From assembly GCA_001949185.1 (NCBI GenBank), contig BDGG01000004.1, positions 2,009,620 to 2,073,619 on the forward strand: a DNA stretch of 64,000 nt. The letters run 5' to 3'. Both the position numbers and the translations under genes were made by a program. Below are positions 40,899 through 53,300 of the stretch, piece by piece (the first letter of the stretch is position 1; each line of letters begins with the position of its first letter). Source of the stretch: Ramazzottius varieornatus (Eukaryota > Animalia > Tardigrada). The notes beneath the pieces were generated by a model, which saw nothing but the letters and a program-made list of their open reading frames with translations, did not search any database and was not told where the DNA came from.

Positions 40899-41757
40899 TG
40901 TGAATGAAGGCTGGGACTTTGGAGGATCAGGTAGAGGAAGCTAGAGAACTGAGGAACTCGATCGAGTGATAAACCTGAACAATGCTCCATTGTCTTATGT
41001 AGTCTTTCGGTTCCGCGGAACATGACGGAGTTCGATCGCAAGTTCGAAGTCACATCATGTCGGGGAAACTGGAATGGACGTCGGCGCGTGGCGACGGCTT
41101 CGTAATACCATTTCCGCGCCATCGCTTTCGAGATCTCCCGGTCACCAAGCGGTTACCTGCACGCTTCGATCGGTACCTGAAGGTCTTTCATGTCGATGTG
41201 TTGCACAGTAGTGAACCTCTGGTTCTGACGAGCTTGTAAGGAGCCATGCTTTCCGGTTTGTTCATCGAATAGCTCTCGCACCCTCTCATTTTAATGCTCC
41301 GGCCCGCCCTGCTCGCGACATTGAGAGAGCAGCATGCGGTAAATTATCGGCAACTTTCACTTCCGAAAAAACGTCATGAGCCTGATTGCCTCACGATCGA
41401 AAGCCATGCAAGATTCGTAGTGCAGTAACGGTGCTGATACTTCTGCTGGTAACGAGGTACGCCCGTAAGCAGTCGCTTTTACTTTTTCGCCACGCACACT
41501 AATTATCCAACAATAATTAACTTTTTCACGGATATTTACGTTCGTTACGGCTTTATCATGAGCAAAGAACTCAGATGTCCGATGCCTCGAGCCTGCGCCC
41601 CGCGGACATCGGACAACAGGATGAGTATAAATACCGTACCTTGCATAACATTTTTCAGTGCACCATTTCCTCTTCCGCCGCTTTCATTTCTCAGTGTATC
41701 CCTCTCCTTATCTTCTTGCCCTGCGCCCCAGCGAGCCTTTCGGGAAACACTTGGAAA

Positions 41758-42097
41758 ATGGCCAGCCGAGTTCTTCTTATCCTTGTCCTTGTTGCAGCTT
41801 TGATCTGCTTGGCGGATTGTTCGGACCGAGTGAAGAGAGGAGGCTACGGAGGGGGTGGTTACGGCGGATATGGAAACGAATATGGGTAAGTAGTCTCTGC
41901 CGACTTTCGCTGCAAGAACTCTCAATCCCTATTCTTTTTGCAGCCCTTACTATGACAAGTTTGACTTCTACTACGGCATCCCAGGCTTCAACACCTACTC
42001 CAAGTACGGCCAAGGAGATACAGGATATGCCAAAGCAGTCTTTGCTGGTGAACATGGATATGGCGGTGGCTATGGCGGTGGTCATGGTGGCTACTAA
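41758..42097 (+). CDS. Small secreted Gly/Tyr-rich pro-protein B (2 exons), inverted paralog of A
   Basis: MASRVLLILVLVAALICLADC-SDRVKR-GGYGGGGYGGYGNEYG|PYYDKFDFYYGIPGFNTYSKYGQGDTGYAKAVFAGEHGYGGGYGGGHGGY*. Intron 41886-41943. TATA-like GTATAAATA near 41625. Confidence 0.87.
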
Positions 42098-42677
42098 GAA
42101 CCATTAAGGGCTGTGTGGTATCCCACCAGGAAGTGACACCGGGCATGCATATCTAGTCAAACACTCCTGGACTCTCAAACCGTCATCTTCCTCGTCTAGC
42201 TAAATTCATGCTGTTATTTCTGCGGCCTAGCGCCTTTCAGTTGGGTTAAATTATTTCATTTTAGCAAAGATATTATATCTCAATGGTGGAACTTTAAACC
42301 GCAAAATTCTGTGATAACGAACTCCGTAAGATATAAAGTTCTTTGCCGCCGGTTTCCAACCAGAAGTCGTTGATGAACAATGAAATTTGGAGGTTCGTCA
42401 GTATGTCATCTCGCAGGACACGCTCTGGCAGAAGTGAATGAGTCAATCAACCAAATACCGCGTAATTGATCACTCTGTAAGTGTATCATAGGTGATGTAA
42501 GAGAATCCAGTGTGTGCTTTGTTTTGTTTTGATCCAGGAAATGGTGTTAGAATCTAGAAACTTCTTAAGCCCTAAACTCCAAAACTACTGAGCATTTGTT
42601 TGTATCTGTTCTAAAAGTTGGCTAAGGTGCGACAAAGAACCGGCTGCAAGAGTGGAAGAATGGACGTCTAGATGCTC

Positions 42678-44288
42678 TTATCTACGGGAGTAAGGACCTG
42701 GACCACTCAAATCTCTTTCTGCCAAATCGTAGAAATCCCTTCCGTGAGTATCGCGTCCGTTGAGAGATCGTCCTTGCTCGGAGTGAGCTCTAGATCCGTA
42801 GGACCTGTTGATCAAACAAAATTCGTGGTTGTATAATTTGCATCTGATTGATCTGATTCTGTCTTGATTTTGCTTCTGTTGTTCGTAGATGGCTTACCTG
42901 GCAGAAGGACCATCCTGGTTGCCGTTATAATCGGAAGGATCCATGGCAGTCTGAGCGTAAGTAGTAGAAGCATCTGGATACGAAGAGGGATATGCTCCTG
43001 AAGGTTTGTATCCACTGGGATTCGATGGCGCAGGAGGACTGTAGCTCTGGAGGCCTACTCCACCTCCGGATCCGTAGGAGTCGTCACTTCCGCCCCCATA
43101 GCTCGATCCACCACTGTAGCCTCCGCTACTGGGTCCGCCGTAACTGGGTCCAGAGTAACTATTTCCTCCTGACATAATAGAAACTTCTGGTTTGAGCGAT
43201 GAGCTGTATGGCTGACCCATTTTGTCGTTGTAGGAATAGTACGACTTGTCAGGTTTAGCCCCGTACTGACCTTGAGATCCGCCTTGGTAGTTGGGAGGAG
43301 GCGGCTTGTAGGCTGGAGGAGCTGGCTGGTATGACGGTGCCTTGTACGGAGCAGGGGACTGGTACGAAGGAGCAGCATTGTAACTGCCACCTCCACCTTG
43401 TCGGTTTCGGGCTGCGATGTAACTGAAAGGCGAGTCGTCGTCTTCGTGGCGAGGATCCGACGGGGCCGCTGGAGCGTAAGGTGCCGATCGGGAACCGGAT
43501 CCTGAGTACGAACTTCCTCCTTCGTAAGGAGCGGGAGCAGTGTATGAGTCGTAAGACGGTCCTGGTGAGTATGATGGTCCCGGGGAGTATGAGCTCTTCG
43601 AGTCGTCTTGGTAAGCCCCGGAACTGTAGGAGCCTCCCTTCGAATACGGATCAGGTTGCTGAACTGGCACTTGCATGTAGACGTACCTACACAGTCGATT
43701 TAGCGGTCAGTATCTGTTATTCGACCATGCATCACAGAATAATTGAGTCGGAAATTAGGCTATCAAACTCGACCATAACGAAGGTCGCCACCTCTTAACC
43801 GAATAACACCTAGCGTTCATAACTCGCAGAATTTCAAAAAGTTAAAGAAAATTGTCGAAAGCTCTGTATTACTCAAAAACCTTTTTAAAGTGAATATTGA
43901 TTGAACGGAATTACCCTTTTCCTGGATAATAAATTCGTTGTTTGGTTTTAGGTCCTGGATAGTCATCGAAGAGTTGCTCGAAGTGCGGCTTGGACTTTAT
44001 GACAGATCCTGGATAGTCGCTCTGGCTGCGACCATGAACGGTGGCAAGAGGTCCGTTGTACACTGGACCGGTGTACTTCCGCTCGTACTGTGACACAAAG
44101 CCAGGATATGGGTCTCCACTACTGGATCCTCCACTGTAGCTACCGCTGGAACCTCCAGATGCACCGTCATAGGCCGGCGCCGATCCTGTCATCCCTCCCC
44201 CCGAACGGTAAGAGTTGACGATACTCTGCATGGCGCTCCATGCTGGAGTAGCCAGCAGCGGGATGATACTTAGTATACTCAGTAACAT
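42678..44288 (-). CDS. Secreted Ser/Gly/Tyr/Pro-rich low-complexity protein C (3 exons), unknown family
   Basis: Signal-like MLLSILSIIPLLATPAWSA. Long ORF exons contain SYSPGPSY, YQPAPPAYKPPPPNY and GGSSYGGG. The last exon ends DLSGPGPYSRR* (TAA at 42678-42680). Confidence 0.8.
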
Positions 44289-45818
44289 TGTGGCACTGCG
44301 TCAGATGAACTGAATGAAGAACTTTCGGTGGTGGAAATGATGAGGCTTCTTATGTCTTAATAAGTTTCGCAACACTAAGCTGATGGTTAGTCTGTGATGC
44401 GCTCTGATTCCGCCCAAAGTAAAAACGAAGAGCGATTCTATTGTTACATTCGATAGGTATACACCCCTTAGCTTCGAGCGAGCAGCTGGTTACAAGTAAA
44501 TTGGTGTGGTGGAGGTTGGTGAAGAAGACTATTGGGGGCGGACTATAAGTGCCAATCACTTTCGATATCGAAACCAAGCAACTTTTTATCCCACTTTTTG
44601 CCATTTCTTCTCGGTGTCTTCTGCATCAGAAAAGTCAATTACGTGCCTTCACCACTCACGTTGTTCTCAATGTGAAAATATGTCACTGTGCTCTTGACGA
44701 GAGAGATGGCCATTACGCCTCCGCGTGTCTCCTTACACTCAGGGCAGCCGTGTTTCATACCGACACAGTCATGACACATCAACTGTGGATGAAATTTTTT
44801 GCTTCGCCCTCGCGGGCAGACTCAATGCAGACTTTCCCCGTCGGTATTTAAGAATAGATCAGGAGCTCTAGATCTTCTGGGGACTACGCGTTCTCAAGTG
44901 CCACGGGTACAGTGAATCGTACATGGCTAGTGCACCCACCGTGACCTTCAGACTGTACGAATAGTCAAGTAAGAAAAGACCACAAAAAATTCTTATCCAC
45001 AGTGTCTTTGTGAAGCCATCGATGGCTTGTGTCATGATGCTGCTGCCTGTCGGCAAGTACGAACACACTCCTCCTGTATCTAGAGACCCACGTGGGTCCG
45101 AGAAGACCTTCTGAGTGTAAAACTGCATCGGTTTCATATGACAATGATAAGCATGATAGCAGTACCTGGTAGGCCGCTAGTGCATGCCATACCACCGGCT
45201 AGATCCTCATCGAAAAAATTAACGGTCGAAATACGTTGAGGAACTTGATGGTACCGACTTCTTGTAATAATTACTGTTGATTGGCAATTTAAATAATATC
45301 TGTTTTCAAGCTCGGAAACTTGATGCGTTTCAAGCTTTCCTACGAAACAGGATGCAGATAGGCTACTGGTGCAACAAACGTCAGTCAGACCAGCGCAGCT
45401 AGTCTGTTCACAAGATGGACAACACTGCGACGCAGTTTTCGTCTCAAAGATACCCATCACTGATTCCTAATTACTGCTAACTCACTGATTTAACTAACAA
45501 GTCAACGGCATGACAGATCCTTTGATTGCCGCTTGTCCACAATTCAGTTTTTTTAGACAGAGTGATTTACAAGCTCAGAATGCATCATGGCACTGTTTTT
45601 TGATTAGAACTGTGCGGTTTTCGGAATTTTCCGACATTAAGATCTATTTTTTGGGCCGCTATATTCAGTTAGTACATTTTTTACAAAACGACAAGGATGA
45701 TGCGGAACCGTCTTATTCGACAAGGAACTAATTGGATTAGACACGAAAGGATATGTTTGAGGGTAATAACCTTTGTGTGGAATAATTTAGTAAAGATGAT
45801 CGCGCGTAGCAGACTTCT

Positions 45819-48244
45819 ATGGTAGAAATGCTCATAAACATATAACCGTTTTTTACAGTTTTTGGCAGTCCTTCTTGTCTGCCCGCACGTTTTGCCAAAC
45901 ACTTTTTCAAATTTATCTTCCAAGACAGCCAAACCACCCAGTGACACCGCGACACACATCAGAGCAAAGCGACAAGTGTACCTTGACAAAGTTCCGGGTC
46001 TTGACGTTACCTTCGTGAAGGGATCGGATGATACAAGCGCCACAGAGTGGTACAAATACGGCAAGTATGGCGACGAGTACCCCAAACGTGCCGACGTCTA
46101 TGGAATCCAAGCCAGCCTGCCCATATATGGAGGAGCTCCTTCTAGTAAGCTTCCTGGATTTCACCTTATCCGAAAGCGATCTTATGAAAAGCTAGATTAC
46201 GCATACCTGTAAGAAACCAACGTGCGCCAAAAACACATTTAGTTCACTTCAAGCAAGCAACTACGGTATTTTCTTCGGTTTTAGAGACAAATTTTATGCC
46301 AGTGCGACAGCTAAAGGCTACCGAAAGCGCACTTGTTATCAAGGTAGAACCGTAAAAGAGTCGGAAAGGAGAATCATATTCGACAAAGCGTTTTTGGTCA
46401 ATCAAGATTTTCCTCCGTATTCTTTGAACTAGAGAACCTTTTCCCGTAGCAGCCACCGTCACCGTGATGCTACCACCACCTATAGCGTTCTCTTTTCCGA
46501 CATTTTCGATACGACAGAAATGCTTGTCTCGCTTTGTAGGTTACCCAAAGAAGCATGCTGGAGGATACAGCCAAAAGCCGGCCGGCGGCCACGGATACGT
46601 CCATTCACCACCGGATAACTACAAGCCTCGCATGGTACGGGCTCCCAATGACCCAAAAGTCAGCTTTACACTAGACTTTTGCGTCTATAGCAATCTCTTT
46701 TTCGTCAGAAGTACAAATATAAACGAAGCGGAGGATACGGCGAGGACTACAGCGAAAGCGCAAGTGGATATGGTGGAGGAGGCTATGGTAAGTGCTTTGA
46801 CAGTCTTATGACTGGTTAGAGGGCCATTAGATTTCAGTAATAGTCGACCAGGATACAGCAGTCAGTGCCAACATCTATTTTGTAAGTTACCCAGAAGGGA
46901 TAGCCGTTTCATGGGTTGGGTCTTGCAGGTGGTGCTAGTTATGGCGGTGGTGGTGGCTATGAAAAAAAAGAATCTTACGGGGGTGGAGGCTATGAGAAGA
47001 AGGACTCGTATGGGGGAGGTGGTTATGGAGGAGGAGGGTACGAGAAAAAGGACTCGTATGATGGTGGCGGATACGGCATGACCTCGTATGGTAAAATGCC
47101 ATAAAATTAGCACCTTTCAGCTAGTTCTTCGAGTTCAAAATCCATACAGCGGGTAACTGGTAGTGAGAAACGGAAGCTGACGAATGTTTTGGAAATTTCG
47201 GTCGCAGATCAGATCCAAGTTGGAAAGGTCCGCGACCGAAATGGCCGTGTTTGGTCGGTGTTCGGCTTGCTGCATGAGTTGACAAAACATGGTTCATCTT
47301 GCTGAAATACTGCATTGCTGACAATCTAACACTAATGACTATACAGGTGGAGGACCCAGTTATGGTGGCGGTGGGTACGAGAAGAAAGAATCATACGGAG
47401 GGGGTGGTGGTTATGAAAAGAAAGACTCATACGGCGGCGGAGGTTACGGAGGCGGTGGTAGCTATGGTGGCGGAGGGTATGAGAAGAAGGACTCGTACGG
47501 GGGTGGGGGATACGGAGGCGGTGGTGGTGGCGGAGGGTATGAGAAGAAAGATTCATACGGTGGGGGCGGTTACGGTGGTGGTGGTGGCTATGGAGGAGGA
47601 GGGTATGAGAAGAAGGACTCGTACGGGGGTGGGGGATACGGAGGCGGTGGTGGTGGCGGAGGNNNNNNNNNNNNNNNNNNNNNNNNNNNNNNNNNNNNNN
47701 NNNNNNNNNNNNTACGGTGGTGGTTATGAGAAGAAGGATTCTACGGCGGTGGTGGCTACGGAGGATCCGGAGGTTACGAGAAGAAAGAGTCTTATGGAGG
47801 TGACAGTTACGGAGGCGGTGGGTCTTACGGTAAGTTCGCTTTTGTTTCATTGGTGTCTATCTTACTGGCACGAGCAGCCATGTGCACAAGACCAATGCAA
47901 CTGTATAAGTGGGAAAAATTCTTCGCTTAGCCAGGATCTGTTGATTCGTTTTATCAGGTGGTGGAGGATATGGTAAGAAGGAATCGTACGGCGGAGACAG
48001 CTATGGTGGCGGGGGATATGGTGGGAAAAAAGAATCCTATGGTGGAAATAGCTACGGAGGAGGTGGCTATGGAGGGGGCGGGGGAGGGTATGGAGGAGGA
48101 GGTTACGGCGGTGGAAGCAGCTATGGAGGTGGTGGCTGGGGTGGAGGTGGGGGGTACGGTGGAGGTGGCGGCTACGGAGGAGGTGGAGGTTATGGAGGCG
48201 GTGGTAGTTACGGGGGAGGATGGGGATGGGGAAGTGATTGTTAA
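45819..48244 (+). CDS. Gly/Tyr/Lys-rich repeat protein D with (GGGGYEKKDSY)n repeats and several dibasic sites; probably secreted; spans an assembly gap
   Basis: Phase-compatible exons: FLAVLLVCPHVL..HIRAKRQVYLDKVPGL..RKRSYEKLDYAYL|DKFYASATAKGYRKRTCYQ|GYPKKHAGGY..|KYKYKRSGGYG..|GGGGYEKKESY/GGGYEKKDSY repeats..|GGWGWGSDC*. The start codon and the linkage of the 5' exons are uncertain. Confidence 0.7.
47663..47712. other. Assembly gap (50 N) inside the GGYEKKDSY repeat exon
   Basis: Run of N characters. Confidence 1.
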
Positions 48245-49164
48245 AGAAAGGCTTCTTGCAAATTCTGGGTCTCTGTTGTTACGTCCACTTTTGATACGGC
48301 TGAATGGGTATCTGCATACGAGAATGCGTTCAAAGTATTCTGGCTTTGATTTGGCCTTTTTTGACATCAAGTTATCCGAAATATCGAACTGTACCAAAGG
48401 TTCAATCTGGGGCACTTTGGGGCGGTAATAAAGACAAAACGACTGGCTGAAAACTTGGAGATTGTTTATCGAAAATCACAGGGGTGTTTGAGGCTAGTCT
48501 TGGTGTCAGCAGCGCACTTCAGCTGGAGACGCGCACCAGCAAGCACTTCCGGTGCATATTGTCTGTTGGAAATCAGTAATTGATTAGTTGATCAAATTTG
48601 GCTGCGCACAGCGTATTTCAACCACTGCGCGTGCCGATTCGTGCGCCACATAGATTTTCAACACTTTCAGCTAACTCCTCGCAGCTTTTTGACCTGTGGT
48701 CAGAATCCAACTCTGAGTTCAGATTCGCGTTTATCAAGGTCTGTTTGACATAGATGCATCTCCGGTTAAAGCTTTTTCCTGGGGTCCGAAAACTTTAAAA
48801 CATTCTCCTGAACAATTGGGTCAGACCTGCTTTGGACGCATTCTCGTATGCAGATACCCAAATGGTGTATCCTTGTTGAATTACGACCTGTCGTACTGCG
48901 TAGGCATTGTTAAAATATATTATTGACCAGATGAGTGAGTGCACCGGTAAAATATGAGAAAAAGCCGGTTATACGAAAACTAATTTCCTAGATATAGCGG
49001 CAAAATATCAGGGTGGTCTGCGTCCTTGTTTCGAGTTTCTGACACAAGTCACAAGCACGACTTGTCGAGCTGCTGGAAAGCTCGACAAGTCGTGCTTTCC
49101 AGCAGCTGGCGCCACTGACGTGACTCACATAGAGGTTTAGATTTTGAGCGCTGCGTGGAACGAG

Positions 49165-49245
49165 GTGGAGGTGGCCGAGTGGTTAAGGCGTTTGGCTGCT
49201 AACCAAATGGGTTCTCCCGCATGAGTTCGAATCTCATCCTTCACG
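49165..49245 (+). tRNA. tRNA-Ser (anticodon GCT)
   Basis: Acceptor stem GTGGAGG/CCTTCAC, A-box TGGCCGAGTGG, anticodon arm TTTGG-CTGCTAA-CCAAA, long variable arm, T-loop GTTCGAATC, discriminator G, and a downstream oligo-T terminator. Confidence 0.95.
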
Positions 49246-50337
49246 AACTTTTTGTTGTCTTTCTAACACTCAAAAGACCAAGGGGGTACCCTGGTTGCGT
49301 GGCGTACCCTAATTACCTTGCGGAATGGTTCTTGTTGAACCTTTTCCCTTCGGATTTCCACCTTTGCTTTCAGAAACTTTGTTTCTACTAATCCAAGAAG
49401 ACGGGTACTAACTAGAAGCGTTCTGGAAATTTCTAAAGAGTTTTTCGGTTTTGGCCAGATTTCGTCTTGAGTTGAAAGATCAAATTTTTACTCAAGACCT
49501 GGCTGACGGAAAGCATTCTTAAAAATTGGGAACAAAGCTGGTACATTGATGCAATTAGAAGCTTCTATGTGCCTCGTGTTGTGTGGCCAGTGGTCAGAGC
49601 AAGATCACATGAGTCTGGCACCTCGATTCCCTAGGTGGCGCATTTTACCCAAAGAATGTGGTGATTGGCCCGATCTGACCCCGCCCCACGACTTTAGCCA
49701 GTCAAAAAGTAGGGAAGGTGATCTACCCCCTTGTACTCCCAGAGCCTGGAATTGCGTGGTCATTTAAGTGTTAAGACGGGCAAGTGAAACCCTCTCGTTC
49801 CCGATTCCAGGCGCATTTCCACGCTATCCCGCATTCTCTACGCGGTGTAAGGAACTGGTTGGGGCGGAAGCTCCGGAATTGTAGCAGCACATCCGGGTCC
49901 TACGTGCGGGTACTCCTCCGGGTTTCTTACTTTGTGAGATTCCTCCAAGCATTTCCTCCAAATTTACCACAGACCAGCAACGTTCGACTGGACCATAAAG
50001 GCGAGAGTGAAACAGGAACATGCAGTATGTTGAGCTGTTGTCGGACGACCTCGTAACGTCGGTCGCTGATATGATTGTTGATTATTTTCTTTGTTTGACA
50101 TGCAGATATGGCAGTAGAGGTCAACAATAGTAAACGCTTTGGAGATAAGCGAATCATAAATACGGCAATACAAGGTATCTCATGAATTATTATTATATGA
50201 GTGTACTGCACTTCCAGCTGCAAGCTAATCCGCAGTACGAATCTTTTCCGCATTCCAGACCTGTGAGCGGAGACGGCCGACCGTTTTGAGGGGAAATGTC
50301 CTGAAGCCGCGTTTCGTTTAAGCTGAAGAATTTAGCG

Positions 50338-53300
50338 ATGGCTTTGGAGACTGGTAATCTTGGACAGATTAATCTGGCATTCGTCGGAGACCAGGAAAAA
50401 GTTGTGCCCAATGGAACCGTGGTTTCTATGCCGGTGCAAGATACGAGTTTCATCGTCGGTCCGAACGATGTAGGCTATCCGAACCAGGTAACCCAAATGA
50501 AACTACATACTATTCATTTTGGATAAAAACAAATCCACTGTGTTCGTTCGGTAATTTTCCTGTTGCAGTATGATGGGGGTTACGCTAACGAACCGGAGTA
50601 TCCGGCAGGCATATTTGGAAAATACGAAAGGATGCGAGATGGCTTGGGATTTCAGATAAGGCAGCACAAAAATCTGGTTCGAGGGACTTTTTGGCTCCTT
50701 GTACTTGCGGGATATATAGGATACCTGGTGTATGCCCTAACTCTAAACTTCGACCGCGCGCAGTAAGTCTTTGCAGAATGATTTAAAATGTGAAGACACT
50801 CGTTTTTTGGTACTGTGTATATATACTGACTGGGGGTAACTTCCGGGTTCTTTACTGTATCAATATACTGTAATTGATTGACTGTTGCAGGTCCCTCTTG
50901 TGGGTCACGATTGCTGTGATTCTGCTGGTGATATACTTCAATTTCTTCAAAGTGCATACTGCAGTCCCTGCCGAGAGGATTTTCAAAAGCATAGCAATCA
51001 CGATAAAGCCTCAACAGTCCCGGATGCAGATGTAGGTTTTGGTTCCTTGCTATGGTAGAGGTTGTCACAAGTTTTTCGTCAACGGTTCCGTGTTTCCGGT
51101 TATAGAACCTTTTTTCTGGCCTTCCTGGTGGCCGTCGCCGTTTTCCTGGGATTCGATACGTACTCCAGTCCTGAGCGCTTGCGAGCTTTGGCAGGAGTTG
51201 CCAGTGTCGTAAGTGCAATACTCTTATTCGCAAGCTCGTTTATCAGCCCTCTGTTACAGATACTGCTGGGCGTGTTATTCTCGCAAAATCCTGGGAGAAT
51301 CAACTGGCGGATCGTGGTTTCCGGTTTGGGATTTCAGTTTGTCTTTGGTTTAATTGTTCTGCGCTGGGATAGTGGAAAGGATGCCTTTACCGTAATAGAA
51401 TCGATTCAGATTTTGATATTGTTCTCGACCCGTTAAGTTAACTGATTTGCTCATTTTTTCTGCTTGGCTGCAGTTTGCCGGAAACGCTATTCAAAGAGTC
51501 CTCTCATTCGCCAACAATGGTTCGGACTTCGTCTTCAGCCCTGGTGAGAATGACCACTACATGGCTTTTCGGGTAAGGTCAATCGGATGGCTGTAGATTC
51601 TCGGTTCTTTTGTACTCTCATAGGACGATTTCTTTGAAGGTTATGCCGGTACTGCTGTTTGCCAGTTTTCTCATTTCGATCTTATACCACATTGGGGCTA
51701 TGGGCTGGTTCGGTGAGTTGGACATTACACTGCGAGGTGTGCGTGATGATAGTATAGGTTCAAAACTTGATCTTTTATAGTTGAGAAAATTGGATGGGCC
51801 ATCTACATAGGGTAAACCAGTAATGACCTCAATCCTGTCTGCCAGTACTGTACTGTACCTCGCTGTAAAACCTCGTTCACATTGCAGGCTTGGGACTACC
51901 GCTTGCGAGTCCATTTCTGCTGCGGCTAATGTATTCTTGGGGATGGTAGGTCAGCTTCCATTCCAGTACTACCGGAAGTTTCGACTTGCAGTTTTCGCAC
52001 CACGATAATTATTTTTCCAGACGGAAGCGCCTCTGACCATCAAACCGTACATGAACTTGCTGACTTTGAGCGAGCTTTTTGCCGTAAGACCTGAAGAGCT
52101 GTAGCTACTGTATTACCTCTAAGGTTTCGCGCAGTCACGTGATAGGCCACTAAATATTGCGTGACGGGGATAAAAAACTTCACCGCCATCAATCAAAAAT
52201 TCCTCGCCAATCAACGCAGCGATGTGCCACAATCAAACAATCAGTGGCATGAGGCCCCGGGTGTAATTCACCGATCTGTCACGTGACTGCGCGAAACCTT
52301 AGAGGTAATACAGTATCTCTTCGATTAAGTAACGCCCTCAACGTAATGTTCACGCCGTGTTTGCAGGTAATGTCCGGCGGGTTCGCCACTATATCCGGCG
52401 GACTGATGGTGACATTCGCCGCAATGGGAATCGACGCTAAAAACCTCCTGGCAGCCTCTGTTATGAATGCGCCCTCTGGTGAGCCCCAAAAGCGCTGTAA
52501 TCATACATAGTTACTTATGTATGACGATACTATATGATACTATATGACGACCATTGGCTGCAAAGTTTCGGGTTTTCTTGCAGCTCTTGTCATGGCGAAG
52601 CTGCTGGTTCCCGAAGGTACGCTCCTTATTACACATTCCAGAAAGTCGCCTTTCACGTCCATTAAAAGTACTGTTGTATAGTCCACAAATCAAAGACCCG
52701 CTTCAAAGATTTGAAAAGAGACACAGGGTGATATCATTTTTTTCCTTGAGACGTGTGAATGCGTTTTGCAATAAGGCGATTCCAGTCGGCAATTGTAGGA
52801 CGGCGTACAATGTACTAGATGCGGCGATGACGGCTGCGGGCTGTGCGGTTCAAGCAATCTCCGGCATATTGTCCATGCTGATCTGCGCCATCGCTTTCCT
52901 GGCGTTGGTCGACGCATTCCTGTCATACATGGGAGGTCTGGTGGACCTACCAAATCTATCTTTAGCGGTACATAATTGATGTTTTGATTGGATGTTTGCC
53001 AGTTTTCTCTCTTGACTAATGGTTTGATCTTTACAGATGATTTCCGGCTATGCCTTCTACCCTCTTGCCTTCTTAATGGGGGTGGATGCGCGGGAATGCC
53101 GCATCGTCGGACAGCTTCTGGGCTACAAGACTTTCCTGAACGAGTTTGTTGCCTATACGGAGCTCCAGAAGATCGTCAAGAACGACCCCACAGCTCTTTC
53201 CGTAAGAATTCAACTCCAGATGTTGCCTTCAAAGCAGTTATAATGATTAAAATTTGATCACAGGAAAAAGGACAAACGATTGTTACTTATGGTAAGATGG

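Noticed and set aside
44868-45460. Short minus-strand ORFs between genes C and D, one with an RYRR site
   Set aside because: The RYRR frame has no in-frame ATG and no coherent exon chain could be built.
47299-48428. Val/Glu/Met-rich and His/Arg-rich ORFs
   Set aside because: These are alternative frames and the antisense of the GGY repeat exons.
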